DNA of 18,756 bases from Halalkalibacterium halodurans (lineage in GTDB: Bacteria > Bacillota > Bacilli > Bacillales > Bacillaceae_D), in NCBI RefSeq assembly GCF_004376175.1, contig NZ_SNUY01000043.1, forward strand, positions 1 through 18,756. Direction: 5' to 3'. Under the pieces are notes generated by a model that was not told the DNA's origin, made no database searches, and saw only the letters and a program-made list of their open reading frames with translations. Numbering within the stretch: position 1 is the first letter of the stretch; every line of letters begins with the position of its first letter. Positions 7,146 to 15,506 of the stretch are shown here, in pieces. A program made the position numbers and the translations under genes.

Positions 7146-9125
7146 ATGAGTAGCTTAAAACAACGAAAGCCTACCTTGCTTTTTGCAGGAGGCTTTCTCC
7201 TACTTTTACTGTTAAGTGCGATTCATGTGACTCAAGGCCAAGCGAATTTGACGCTTTCCGAAATTGTAAACGACGTCTGGACAGAAGGTCGCGTACAAGA
7301 TATCGTCGTCACGCTCAGGCTTCCGAGGGTGTTAATGGGGATTCTCGCCGGTGGTGCACTAGCCGTTGCGGGTGCCATGTTGCAAACGCTAACGAAAAAC
7401 CCGTTAGCCTCAGCAGGAATTCTCGGCATTAATGCCGGGGCTTACTTGTTTGTCGTGGCAGCGATGATTTTTGTTCCGAACGTTCTTGGACAATTCCCGC
7501 TGATCGTTTCATTTATGGGAGCGGCAGTCTCCGCACTGCTCGTCCTAGCTCTCGTTGGTAAGGCGATGGAGCCCGTTCGTGTCGCGTTGACAGGGATGAT
7601 CGTCACAATGTTATTTTCATCGATTACTGGAAGCTTGCAGCTCATTTATGAAAATGAGACAAACGGGTTATTTCTCTGGGGATCAGGTACCCTCGTTCAG
7701 TTAGATTGGACGGGTGTGAAATTTTCCGTTGGCTTCATTTTTGCTGGATGGATTGGAGCGTTGTTACTCGGAAAGTCGATGGATCTTTACGCCCTAGGAG
7801 ACGATGTCGCTACGTCCCTCGGTCAATCGGTCGCTCGTACGAAGTGGTTAGGCTGGCTCGTGGCGATCTTTCTTGCGGCAGCGACCGTTAGTGTAGTTGG
7901 GCCAATTGGCTTTATTGGCTTGATCGCTCCCCATTTAGTGCGAATGATGGGGGTTCGGAATCATACACCTTTGTTTCTCCATTCGTTTTTATGGGGCGCT
8001 GTCCTCCTTGTTGGTGCGGACGTACTTGCACGCTGGATTGAGCCAGGGAGAGAGATTCCTGTCGGAGCGATGACAGCGATCATTGGTGGTCCGTGGCTTA
8101 TGTATCTTGCCTATCGTACGGGAAAAAAGCATTCGCAGCGTCGCAACCGATTAGGTGGTCATGTCGTAGCGACTCCTTATTGGCTCGTTGCTTCGATCAT
8201 GGTTGGTATTAGCGTGGCCATTTTGGTTGTCTCTCTATCATTCGGTGGAACAAACTTCTTTTCATTGCAAGATTGGCTCGACAAACAGATTTTCTCACCG
8301 TTCGTTTGGCAGCTTCGTGTCCCGCGAATCATTACGGCGTTTCTAGTCGGAATGCTTCTTGCTTTGTGTGGTGTCCTCTTGCAAGGGGTGCTCCGTAATC
8401 CATTAGCAGATCCGACCGTTCTCGGGATTACTTCGGGAGGGGGAGCAGGGGCGATGATCTTCCTCGTCCTGTTCCCAACTGCTTCGTTTCAATTTTTACC
8501 GTTTGCTGCGATCATTGGTGCCAGTATTTCCATTGCGATTATTTTGCTCGTCACGTGGCGTTCAAATTGGGAACCCATTTTGTTAGCGCTTATGGGAGTG
8601 GCCGTTTCGGCCGTTGGTTCAGCGATCATTCAAATAATGGTCGTCAAAGCCCAATTAGGGGTAGCACCTGCGCTTGCGTGGTTAGCAGGAAGTACGTATG
8701 CAAAAAGTTGGACAGATGTTCAACTTGTCACCTTGTTTGCGATAATCGCGATTCCGATCGGCTATCTGTTGTCACGGAAAATGGATTTGCTCGCCTATGG
8801 AGATGACGTGGCAACGGGACTCGGACTCGACGTTACGCAGACGCGATTGATTGCGATATTGCTAGGAGTCAGTGCCGGAGCTGCTAGTGTCTCCGTTGTT
8901 GGAACCATTGGCTTTATTGGGTTGTTAGCACCACATGCTGTTCGACGGATTGTGGGGGTTGAACATAAAGCCATGATTCCTCTAAGTTTGCTAGTAGGTG
9001 GGATCATGCTCGTTGCTGCTGATTTTGTTGGTCGCTTGTTGCTTGCACCTAAGGAAATTCCAGCCGGTCTAGTCGTGGCTGTCCTTGGAACTCCATACAT
9101 TTTGTATTTATTACGGAAAACTTAA
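7146..9125 (+). CDS. Fused two-domain Fe(3+)-siderophore ABC permease (FhuB-like, two tandem FecCD domains)
   Basis: The 659-aa protein contains two homologous halves. Each has RLPRV/RVPRI..G.LAG..LA..G..LQ..L.NPLA, then LGDD.A..LG, and IGFIGL.APH at equivalent positions. The halves are joined by a basic linker, KKHSQRRNRLGG. Confidence 0.9.
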   Translation: MSSLKQRKPTLLFAGGFLLLLLLSAIHVTQGQANLTLSEIVNDVWTEGRVQDIVVTLRLPRVLMGILAGGALAVAGAMLQTLTKNPLASAGILGINAGAYLFVVAAMIFVPNVLGQFPLIVSFMGAAVSALLVLALVGKAMEPVRVALTGMIVTMLFSSITGSLQLIYENETNGLFLWGSGTLVQLDWTGVKFSVGFIFAGWIGALLLGKSMDLYALGDDVATSLGQSVARTKWLGWLVAIFLAAATVSVVGPIGFIGLIAPHLVRMMGVRNHTPLFLHSFLWGAVLLVGADVLARWIEPGREIPVGAMTAIIGGPWLMYLAYRTGKKHSQRRNRLGGHVVATPYWLVASIMVGISVAILVVSLSFGGTNFFSLQDWLDKQIFSPFVWQLRVPRIITAFLVGMLLALCGVLLQGVLRNPLADPTVLGITSGGGAGAMIFLVLFPTASFQFLPFAAIIGASISIAIILLVTWRSNWEPILLALMGVAVSAVGSAIIQIMVVKAQLGVAPALAWLAGSTYAKSWTDVQLVTLFAIIAIPIGYLLSRKMDLLAYGDDVATGLGLDVTQTRLIAILLGVSAGAASVSVVGTIGFIGLLAPHAVRRIVGVEHKAMIPLSLLVGGIMLVAADFVGRLLLAPKEIPAGLVVAVLGTPYILYLLRKT

Positions 9126-9152
9126 ACCATTGAAACATGGAGGATGATCGCA

Positions 9153-9968
9153 ATGTTTTCGATTGAAACGAAGAACCTAACCCTCGGGTACGATGATACG
9201 ATTATTATTGAGGAGCTTGACCTCAATATTCCTAAAGGGGAAATTACCGTCCTTATTGGTGGGAATGGCTGTGGGAAATCAACGCTCCTCCGTTCTCTTG
9301 CTCGTCTATTAAAACCTCAAAGTGGCGCAGTGCTTTTAGAAGGTTCTTCGATTCAGCAATTGGCCACGAAGGAAGTGGCTACGAAACTTGCAATTTTGCC
9401 ACAAGGTCCAGAGGCGCCAGAAGGGTTGACGGTATATCAGCTCATTAAACAAGGGCGGTACCCTCATCAAGGCTTGTTCAAAAAATGGACATCTAAGGAT
9501 GAGGAAAAGGTGATGCAGGCGTTGGAAGCGACAAGGCTAACAGAGCTTGCAGATCGTCCGGTGGATGCGTTGTCTGGGGGCCAGCGGCAGCGGGCGTGGA
9601 TTGCGATGACCCTTGCGCAAGATACAGAAATCATCTTATTAGATGAACCGACAACATACTTAGATTTAACTCATCAAATTGAAATCTTGGATTTGCTTTT
9701 TGAATTAAATGAACGAGAGAAACGTACGATCGTGATGGTTCTTCATGACCTTAATTTAGCTTGTCGCTACGCCCACCATTTGATCGCTGTAAAAGATCGG
9801 ACGGTGTACGCTCAAGGAAAACCGGAAGAAGTGATCTCGTGTGAGCTTGTAAGACACGTATTTGAGATGGAGTGTCAGGTTACGTCTGATCCATTGTTTG
9901 GAACACCTCTTTGTATCCCTTATGGCAAAGGGCGTTGTATCGTGAAAGATGTAGGTGTCGCGACATGA
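9153..9968 (+). CDS. Ferric-siderophore ABC transporter ATP-binding protein (FhuC/FecE-like)
   Basis: Walker [10 protein letters not shown], signature LSGGQRQR, Walker B IILLDEPT, and H-loop VLHDLN. ATG 9153 is preferred because GGAGG 9139-9143 then has a 9-nt spacer. The track ATG at 9144 abuts the ribosome-binding site. Confidence 0.9.
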   Translation: MFSIETKNLTLGYDDTIIIEELDLNIPKGEITVLIGGNGCGKSTLLRSLARLLKPQSGAVLLEGSSIQQLATKEVATKLAILPQGPEAPEGLTVYQLIKQGRYPHQGLFKKWTSKDEEKVMQALEATRLTELADRPVDALSGGQRQRAWIAMTLAQDTEIILLDEPTTYLDLTHQIEILDLLFELNEREKRTIVMVLHDLNLACRYAHHLIAVKDRTVYAQGKPEEVISCELVRHVFEMECQVTSDPLFGTPLCIPYGKGRCIVKDVGVAT

Positions 9969-10762
9969 TCGAGCCACCTGTTATGAATGATGCTCGTCTG
10001 TTATCGTCCGGGGAAAAAGAAGCATTGAAAAAGCTGCGCCTATCTTTTAAGGCTGAACTTGAAAACGATGGAAAAAAAGAGTATGAGGCGACAGAGCTGC
10101 TAGATGAAGGATGTCTTGTCCCGTTGTTGCACGAGGTGAAGGATGTATTAGAGGCTCCGGACCTCCTCGTAACAGCGTCTATGTTTTCCAAACGTTATGC
10201 TTATTTAATGACGGTTCCAGTGCTCTATGCATTTTCCCTATGGAATGTGCGCTTTCAACCCACTATGGAAAACGTCGTGTATCGTGAAAAGGAGACAGAT
10301 CCTTATTGGCTTCCGACGTTTTATTTTCATGAGGAGCGCATCCATCCTATTTCATTAGAATTACGCGAAAAAGAAAGAGAAGCGCTGTTCTTCACTCTAT
10401 TTGCCAACCATTTAGATAAAATGTGGGATGTGCTTTGCAAGGCAACATCGATTCCGAAAGAAATTTTATGGGAGAATACCTTTAGCTATCTGTATTGGTT
10501 GTATGATTCCTTAGTACAGCAAAGCGAGGAATGGACAAACGAGGCGGTGAAAAGGCAAGTCGAAGCGGATCGTCACTTTTTGTTTTATGAAGCCGACGTT
10601 CAACTGTTTGGCCATGGGCGTAAACATCCGTTCACACGAATGGCTGAACGAAGAGAGGCCGTTAAGGAGAAGGATACTCCGCCGCTTAGGCAAACGTGCT
10701 GCTTTAGTTACCGGTGTGGGGAGCCGCCTACCTATTGCGGGACGTGCCCTCGCAAACCGTAG
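9965..10762 (+). CDS. FhuF-like ferric-siderophore reductase / (2Fe-2S)-binding protein
   Basis: ATG 9965 overlaps the ATPase stop codon (ATGA). The C-terminus is Cys-rich ([18 protein letters not shown]), of the FhuF C-terminal type. The gene sits at the end of a Fur-regulated siderophore operon. The 18 codons upstream in the ORF track lie inside the ATPase gene and are discounted. Confidence 0.7.
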   Translation: MIEPPVMNDARLLSSGEKEALKKLRLSFKAELENDGKKEYEATELLDEGCLVPLLHEVKDVLEAPDLLVTASMFSKRYAYLMTVPVLYAFSLWNVRFQPTMENVVYREKETDPYWLPTFYFHEERIHPISLELREKEREALFFTLFANHLDKMWDVLCKATSIPKEILWENTFSYLYWLYDSLVQQSEEWTNEAVKRQVEADRHFLFYEADVQLFGHGRKHPFTRMAERREAVKEKDTPPLRQTCCFSYRCGEPPTYCGTCPRKP

Positions 10763-10791
10763 AACACTTGAAAAATAAAGGCGGATGATAG

Positions 10792-10823
10792 ATGCTATAG
10801 GAGGATGCCTGTAGCATTTTTTG
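10792..10823 (+). terminator. Intrinsic terminator of the siderophore operon
   Basis: Stem ATGCTATAGG / CCTGTAGCAT (10 bp, one G-U pair), a 6-nt loop, then TTTTTT (10818-10823). Confidence 0.7.
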
Positions 10824-10847
10824 TTGTATTAAAAGAAAGGGGGATGA

Positions 10848-11255
10848 ATGATGGAGATTACGAGGTTACAAGTGGCGGAGCCGCCCGTCGCAAAAGGGAT
10901 ACACAAATTGCAGCTTGAGAGCTATCAACGAGAAGCGAGCCTCATTGAATATCCTCATCTCCCGCCGTTACGAGAATCTTTCGAAGAGGTGGCCAACTTT
11001 CACGGAGTAGTCTACGGTGTTCAGCGCAAAGACGCGCTTTTAGGTGTTATCTTCGTTGAACCAGCTAAGGAAGCAACAGTAGCAACCATTGCGAAACTGT
11101 TTGTAGCCGAAAACGAAGGAAGAAAAGGAATTGGGTGCTCCCTTGTCACTTTTGTCAAAACAAGATATAACACCTTATATGTGTCCACAACTGAACGGAA
11201 TGAACCGGCAATTCGTTTATATCAATCGGATTTTGCGAAAAGTTTCGCATCGTGA
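10848..11255 (+). CDS. GNAT family N-acetyltransferase
   Basis: A 135-aa protein with the acetyl-CoA binding motif NEGRKGIGCSL and the C-terminal N..A..LY block. A GGGGGA ribosome-binding site lies upstream. Confidence 0.75.
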   Translation: MMEITRLQVAEPPVAKGIHKLQLESYQREASLIEYPHLPPLRESFEEVANFHGVVYGVQRKDALLGVIFVEPAKEATVATIAKLFVAENEGRKGIGCSLVTFVKTRYNTLYVSTTERNEPAIRLYQSDFAKSFAS

Positions 11256-11309
11256 TAGATCCATGGCTCACGCTATGTACGTTTGAATGGAAGAAAAGGA
11301 GCGACACTA

Positions 11310-12041
11310 ATGTTTTTACCGTTTAATACAAGGTTACACCACGCAACGTTTTTAAGGCGACCGAATCGTTTTATCGTAGAAGCCCGCCTCGATACAGGCG
11401 AGGAGGTGGTGGCACATCTGCCCGATCCAGGGAGATTAAAGGAGCTATTACTACCGGAAGCATCCATATGGCTTCGGCATGTAGATAACCCGAGCCGGAA
11501 AACGCAGTGGTCCGTCGTTTGCAGCCAAGCTCCAGAAGGAGATGTTCTCGTTTCCCTCGATACGACATTGCCGAATCAACTTGTGACGAAAGCGTTGCAA
11601 CAGCAAGAATTCCTCCCTTTGTGTCAGTGGGCTTATGTAAGACAAGAGTTTACGTATGGAGGATCACGCTGGGATGTGTTGCTTAGGGAAGGAGAAAAAC
11701 AGTTGCTTCTCGAAATAAAAAGCGTCACGCTATCCGAAGCGGGGGTCGCCTATTTTCCTGACGCCGTTACGGCGCGTGGGACGAAACATGTAAAGGAGCT
11801 GACAGCGATTCAGCAATCAGGTGACTATGAAACCGCCATTCTTCTGTTAGCACAGCGTGAGGATGTAACGGAAATCAGGCCTGCCTATCATATTGATCCT
11901 CATTTCTCGGCCGCGTTGCAGGAAGCAGAGAAATGTGGTGTGCGTCTTTTAGGCCACACGAGTAAAGTGACGCTTGAAGGGATTGAATTAGGAAAACCGG
12001 TAAAGGTGGATACGAGTGAGCGAAAGGAGACAAGCGATTGA
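11310..12041 (+). CDS. sfsA: Sugar fermentation stimulation protein SfsA (DNA/RNA nuclease SfsA family)
   Basis: N-terminus ...[34 protein letters not shown], then EIKSVTL and [16 protein letters not shown], as in the SfsA family. ATG 11310 is preferred (AAAGGAG 11295-11301, 8-nt spacer) over the track TTG at 11283. Confidence 0.88.
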
Positions 12042-12129
12042 TGAGTGTTCGTAAGCCTTATGAGAGTGAATACCCACTGCTCTCGGAGTTGGCGTTGAAA
12101 TCGAAAGCGTATTGGGGCTATGACCCTAG

Positions 12130-12136
12130 CTTTATC
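12130..12136. repeat. Left copy of the 7-bp direct repeat CTTTATC (putative target-site duplication)
   Basis: Exact 7-mer, repeated at 12276-12282. The flanking bases differ on both sides. Confidence 0.7.
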
Positions 12137-12275
12137 CCGTTTAACTGGCGCTAAGACTCCCACCTCAACGCTTTGATTAACAAGAAAGATTAAGTGAGAG
12201 ATAAGCGCCAGTAACAACCCGATTGGTTCAACTAACATTCAGCGGGGATTAAAAACCCCACTGAATCAAGTTTCA
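12137..12275. mobile_element. 139-bp non-coding, highly structured MITE-like insertion
   Basis: It interrupts a recognisable ORF and is bounded by a 7-bp direct repeat. It has no coding capacity. It contains nested helices ACTGGCGCT/AGCGCCAGT (12144-12152 / 12204-12212) and CTCCCAC/GTGAGAG (12157-12163 / 12194-12200), plus an 11-bp hairpin at 12237-12266. No terminal inverted repeats are seen. Confidence 0.6.
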
Positions 12276-12282
12276 CTTTATC
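12276..12282. repeat. Right copy of the 7-bp direct repeat CTTTATC
   Basis: Exact copy of 12130-12136. It forms codons ..F I of the restored GNAT reading frame. Confidence 0.7.
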
Positions 12283-12634
12283 AAAGCTTGCCGGAATGAG
12301 TTAACGATGACAAAGGATGATCCGGCCATTGTATACGTATATGAGCAAGAGGGAAAGCCCGTCGGTGTATTTAGTTTTTTAAAACAAGCTTCATGGTATC
12401 TCGACTTTTTTTATATTGATGTGAGTACGATTGGCAACGGTTATGGAAGAAAGATGTGGCATGAGATGATCGCGTGTGCAAAAAAGGAAAACATCTCGTC
12501 TTTCCTCATCGAAAGTGATCCGAACGCCGAGCCTTTTTATAAAAAAATGGGAGCGCACCGAATCGGTGAAACTCCCTCGTCCGTATTTGCAAATCGAATG
12601 CTACCATTATTAAAAGTAGATGTTAATTGAAATA

Positions 12635-13825
12635 TTACCGCCGCCATTTCGGAATCGAAAGATAAGTGCCTGCACGCCAGACCCATTCCATCGGTCCGAT
12701 TCGGAAGTGACGTAACCAGAAATGGCTGCAAACGATTTGTAAAGCAAAGAAGCCGATGCTCAGAAGCAAGCCAACAAAAAGACCAAGACTGCCATATAAG
12801 CCGAGTCCATATCCGTAGAAAACAGTCGTAAACACAAGTGACTGTAAAAGATAGTTGGTTAACGACAGGCGACCAACATAAGTAAACGGTTTAAGCAACT
12901 TCTTCCCTTGAGCCGTTTGTGAAAACAAGGCGATGCATGAAATATAAAAGAGAGCAACTAGTGGGCCACCAATGATAATTTGGATCGTTTCAAGGTTAGC
13001 AGGTGATAGGACCGTTGCGATTTTAATTGGAAAACCTATGAGCAAGCCGATCCATAGCATTCGCTTAAAAATAGCTTTATGCTCAGCCGCGTTGGCGATC
13101 CAGCCTTTTCGATGAACGAAGGCGCCTAGCAAGAACATGCCGATAACGGAAATCATATTATTGACGAAAATAAGAATGTCTCCGAGTACACCAAGGCCAG
13201 TAGGATCAGCCGTTCGCCGAAATTCAACAACCTCGCCATAAGTGCCGCTCGAAAGAACAGCATCCTCATCCTCACTATAAGCGGCGATGGACTGGAAAAC
13301 CGCCTCGGTATACGGATCTTCCTCCATCGATAATTCTCCTAATGCGGAGGTGGCCATTATTCCAAGTAAAATGAGCGCCCAAATCAACAAACCGCGCTCT
13401 GTTAACTTTAAAAAGAAAAAGAGCAAAAAACTGCAAATCGCATACATGAACAAAATGTCTCCGTCCCAAATGAACAGGCCGTGTACATAGCCGAGAAGGA
13501 GAAGAATGAGCGTCCGCCGCCAGTATACCGCTACGAATCCTTGCTTTTGCTCGGTGAAGCGATCTTTCATGAGCGCCATCCCGTACCCGAATAGGAAAGA
13601 GAATAACGTATAAAAGCTTCCTTGAGCTAAAATGCTAATGAGCGCATCAGCCCCCGAATCAAGGAAACTAGTAGGTGCTGGCATTGTGTATTCCGGAAAT
13701 AAGCCATATTGAAAATGGCGCATGTTCACGAGTAAAATGCCAAGTAACGCAAAGCCTCGCATCATATCGAGCGCTTCAATTCGGTTTGATTCTAACGTAG
13801 GTGTTACTTGTACTTTCGTTGTCAT
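12635..13825 (-). CDS. DUF418 domain-containing membrane protein (YeiB-like)
   Basis: N-terminal RIEALDMMRGFALLGILLVN motif and about 9-10 hydrophobic segments. The C-terminal block LSLTNYLLQS...GPMEWVWR is typical of the DUF418/YeiB family. An AAGGAG ribosome-binding site lies 8 nt upstream of ATG 13825. Confidence 0.8.
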   Translation of the reverse strand: MTTKVQVTPTLESNRIEALDMMRGFALLGILLVNMRHFQYGLFPEYTMPAPTSFLDSGADALISILAQGSFYTLFSFLFGYGMALMKDRFTEQKQGFVAVYWRRTLILLLLGYVHGLFIWDGDILFMYAICSFLLFFFLKLTERGLLIWALILLGIMATSALGELSMEEDPYTEAVFQSIAAYSEDEDAVLSSGTYGEVVEFRRTADPTGLGVLGDILIFVNNMISVIGMFLLGAFVHRKGWIANAAEHKAIFKRMLWIGLLIGFPIKIATVLSPANLETIQIIIGGPLVALFYISCIALFSQTAQGKKLLKPFTYVGRLSLTNYLLQSLVFTTVFYGYGLGLYGSLGLFVGLLLSIGFFALQIVCSHFWLRHFRIGPMEWVWRAGTYLSIPKWRR

Positions 13826-13953
13826 TTTCGTTGCTCCTTGTTAAGATTTTCATAGATCAGTGTAACGAAAAAAATGGTTTTATTCTACTATTAAATGAAA
13901 TATGTTGAAGGTTTTGTCTTTAGACTATACGGTTTGAGGAAGGATGCGAGACG

Positions 13954-14769
13954 ATGAAGGTGGCATTATACCAAATGGATATTCTTCCAGGCGATCCTCG
14001 CGGGAATGAACGCAAAGTGAAAGAATGGATTGAGGACGTCATGCAGCAAGAGGACGTTCCTGATCTTCTCGTACTGCCGGAAATGTGGACGACGGCTTAC
14101 ACTCTTGATCAACTGGAGCATCTTGCGGAAGGGGAAGAGCGTTATACAGAGCTATTTTTAAAGGAGCTAGCACGAGAGCACAATGTGAACATCGTTGCAG
14201 GTTCTATCGCCAAGAAAGAAAAAGGGAAGCTGTACAACCGTGCCCTCGTGTTTGATCGTCGTGGTCATACTGTTTATCAATATGATAAGATTCATCTAGT
14301 CCCGATGTTGAGTGAACCAGATTATTTAACTGGGGGCGATGCTGCGGCCTCTGTGTTTGAGCTAGATGGAACGAAAATGGGTCTCGTCATTTGCTATGAC
14401 CTTCGCTTCCCTGAGTTGATGCGTTCCCTTGCGCTAGAAGGGGCGGAAATTGTTTATATTGTGGCAGAATGGCCAGAAGCAAGAGCTGTCCACTGGGAAA
14501 TCCTACAACGTGCACGGGCGATTGAGAATCAATCTTATGTCATTTCCTGCAACCGAGTAGGTGCCTATGCTGGCGTCACATTCGCAGGGCGATCGATGGT
14601 CATTGATCCGTGGGGGGACGTTTTAGTCCAAGGCAGTTGTGATCAAGAGGAGACCTTGACCACGAAGCTGAATCCAGACAAGGTTTCAGAAGTGCGAGAA
14701 GCTGTCCCTATTTTTCAAAGCCGGGTACCAACAAAATACAAACCGTTACATAAGGAGGATGTCACGTGA
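13954..14769 (+). CDS. Carbon-nitrogen hydrolase family protein (nitrilase superfamily, omega-amidase/MtnU-like)
   Basis: The Glu-Lys-Cys catalytic triad contexts are present: LVLPEMW, YDKIHL, and LVICYDLRFPE. Length is about 270 aa. Confidence 0.85.
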   Translation: MKVALYQMDILPGDPRGNERKVKEWIEDVMQQEDVPDLLVLPEMWTTAYTLDQLEHLAEGEERYTELFLKELAREHNVNIVAGSIAKKEKGKLYNRALVFDRRGHTVYQYDKIHLVPMLSEPDYLTGGDAAASVFELDGTKMGLVICYDLRFPELMRSLALEGAEIVYIVAEWPEARAVHWEILQRARAIENQSYVISCNRVGAYAGVTFAGRSMVIDPWGDVLVQGSCDQEETLTTKLNPDKVSEVREAVPIFQSRVPTKYKPLHKEDVT

Positions 14770-15500
14770 CCAATGAAATGACAACGCTCATTCAGCAGCA
14801 TCGTTCGATTCGGAAATTTACCGCTGAACCGATTTCAAATCAAGTGATTGATGACATTGTAACGTCCGGTCAGTGGGCGCCGTCATCCCATCACGTCCAG
14901 GCGTACAGTATCGTAGTCGTAAAAAATCAGGAGTCAAAGAACAAGCTGGCCGAATTAACTGGCAATCAATCGTATGTTGCCGAGTGCCCTGTCTTTTTTG
15001 TGATTTGTGCTGATTTTTATCGTTTGAAGCAGGCAAGTGACAAGCATGGAATGCCGTTTGAAATAAATGAAGTTGAAAATGTATTAGTCGGAGCCGTAGA
15101 TGCTGCGTTGGTGGCGCAAAACATGCTGCTAGCTGCTCGCTCTTACGGATTAGGGGGAGTGATGATCGGCGGTATTCGCAACAATCCAGATCAAGTGGCT
15201 GCACAACTGGAACTGCCAGAACTCGTCATCCCGATTATGGGTCTATGCGTTGGCTATCCTGACCAACAACCGGAACAAAAGCCTCGCTTCTCAAAAAACG
15301 CCGTCGTCCATGAGGAACGTTACTCCTTTAATGAGGCTGATCTCGAGCGATATGATGAGATTACGAAAGCGTACTATACGAAACGAACAAATGGGAAACG
15401 CACAGACAGTTGGAGTGAAATGATGGCGAAACACTTCTCTACCCGAAAGCGCCCTCATGTGACGACGTTTATTAAAAAACAAGGAATCGATTTAACCTGA
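14766..15500 (+). CDS. Oxygen-insensitive NADPH nitroreductase (NfsA/NfrA family)
   Basis: HRSIRKFT FMN-binding N-terminal motif, then QAYSIVVV and GGIRN blocks, and length about 244 aa. The GTG start at 14766 is preceded by AAGGAGG with a 7-nt spacer. It overlaps the upstream stop codon (GTGA). Confidence 0.85.
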   Translation: MTNEMTTLIQQHRSIRKFTAEPISNQVIDDIVTSGQWAPSSHHVQAYSIVVVKNQESKNKLAELTGNQSYVAECPVFFVICADFYRLKQASDKHGMPFEINEVENVLVGAVDAALVAQNMLLAARSYGLGGVMIGGIRNNPDQVAAQLELPELVIPIMGLCVGYPDQQPEQKPRFSKNAVVHEERYSFNEADLERYDEITKAYYTKRTNGKRTDSWSEMMAKHFSTRKRPHVTTFIKKQGIDLT

Positions 15501-15506
15501 TCATAA

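Larger units (their letters stand above)
12041..12630 (+). pseudogene. GNAT family N-acetyltransferase split by a 146-bp insertion (N-fragment 12041-12154, C-fragment 12283/12307-12630)
   Basis: ATG 12041 is coupled to the sfsA stop (TGATG). It encodes [32 protein letters not shown], then reads into foreign sequence and stops at TAA 12152. A different frame resumes with KACRNELTMTKDD... and carries the acetyl-CoA motif IGNGYGRKM. Removing 12137-12282 restores one 147-aa ORF. Confidence 0.8.

Noticed and set aside
9911-9964. An 18-codon N-terminal extension of the FhuF-like ORF given in the track
   Set aside because: The extension lies inside the ATPase coding region and has no ribosome-binding site. 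The ATG at 9965 forms a classic ATGA stop-start overlap.
11220-11286. Possible frameshift at the AAAA run (11238-11241) in the C-terminus of the first GNAT. Removing one A would replace ...FAKSFAS* with ...[17 protein letters not shown]
   Set aside because: Both C-termini are plausible for a GNAT and both end before sfsA. Without homologue alignment I cannot tell whether the annotated end is truncated, so it is not reported as a pseudogene.
11900-12238. A 112-aa minus-strand ORF starting inside the inserted element, with a hydrophobic N-terminus (MLVEPIGLLLALISHLIFLV) reminiscent of a type I toxin peptide
   Set aside because: There is no Shine-Dalgarno sequence, and the ATG is embedded in the stem of the 12237-12266 hairpin. 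The ORF continues for about 100 codons antisense through the GNAT fragment and the 3' end of sfsA only because no stop happens to occur. Most of it overlaps a well-supported gene.
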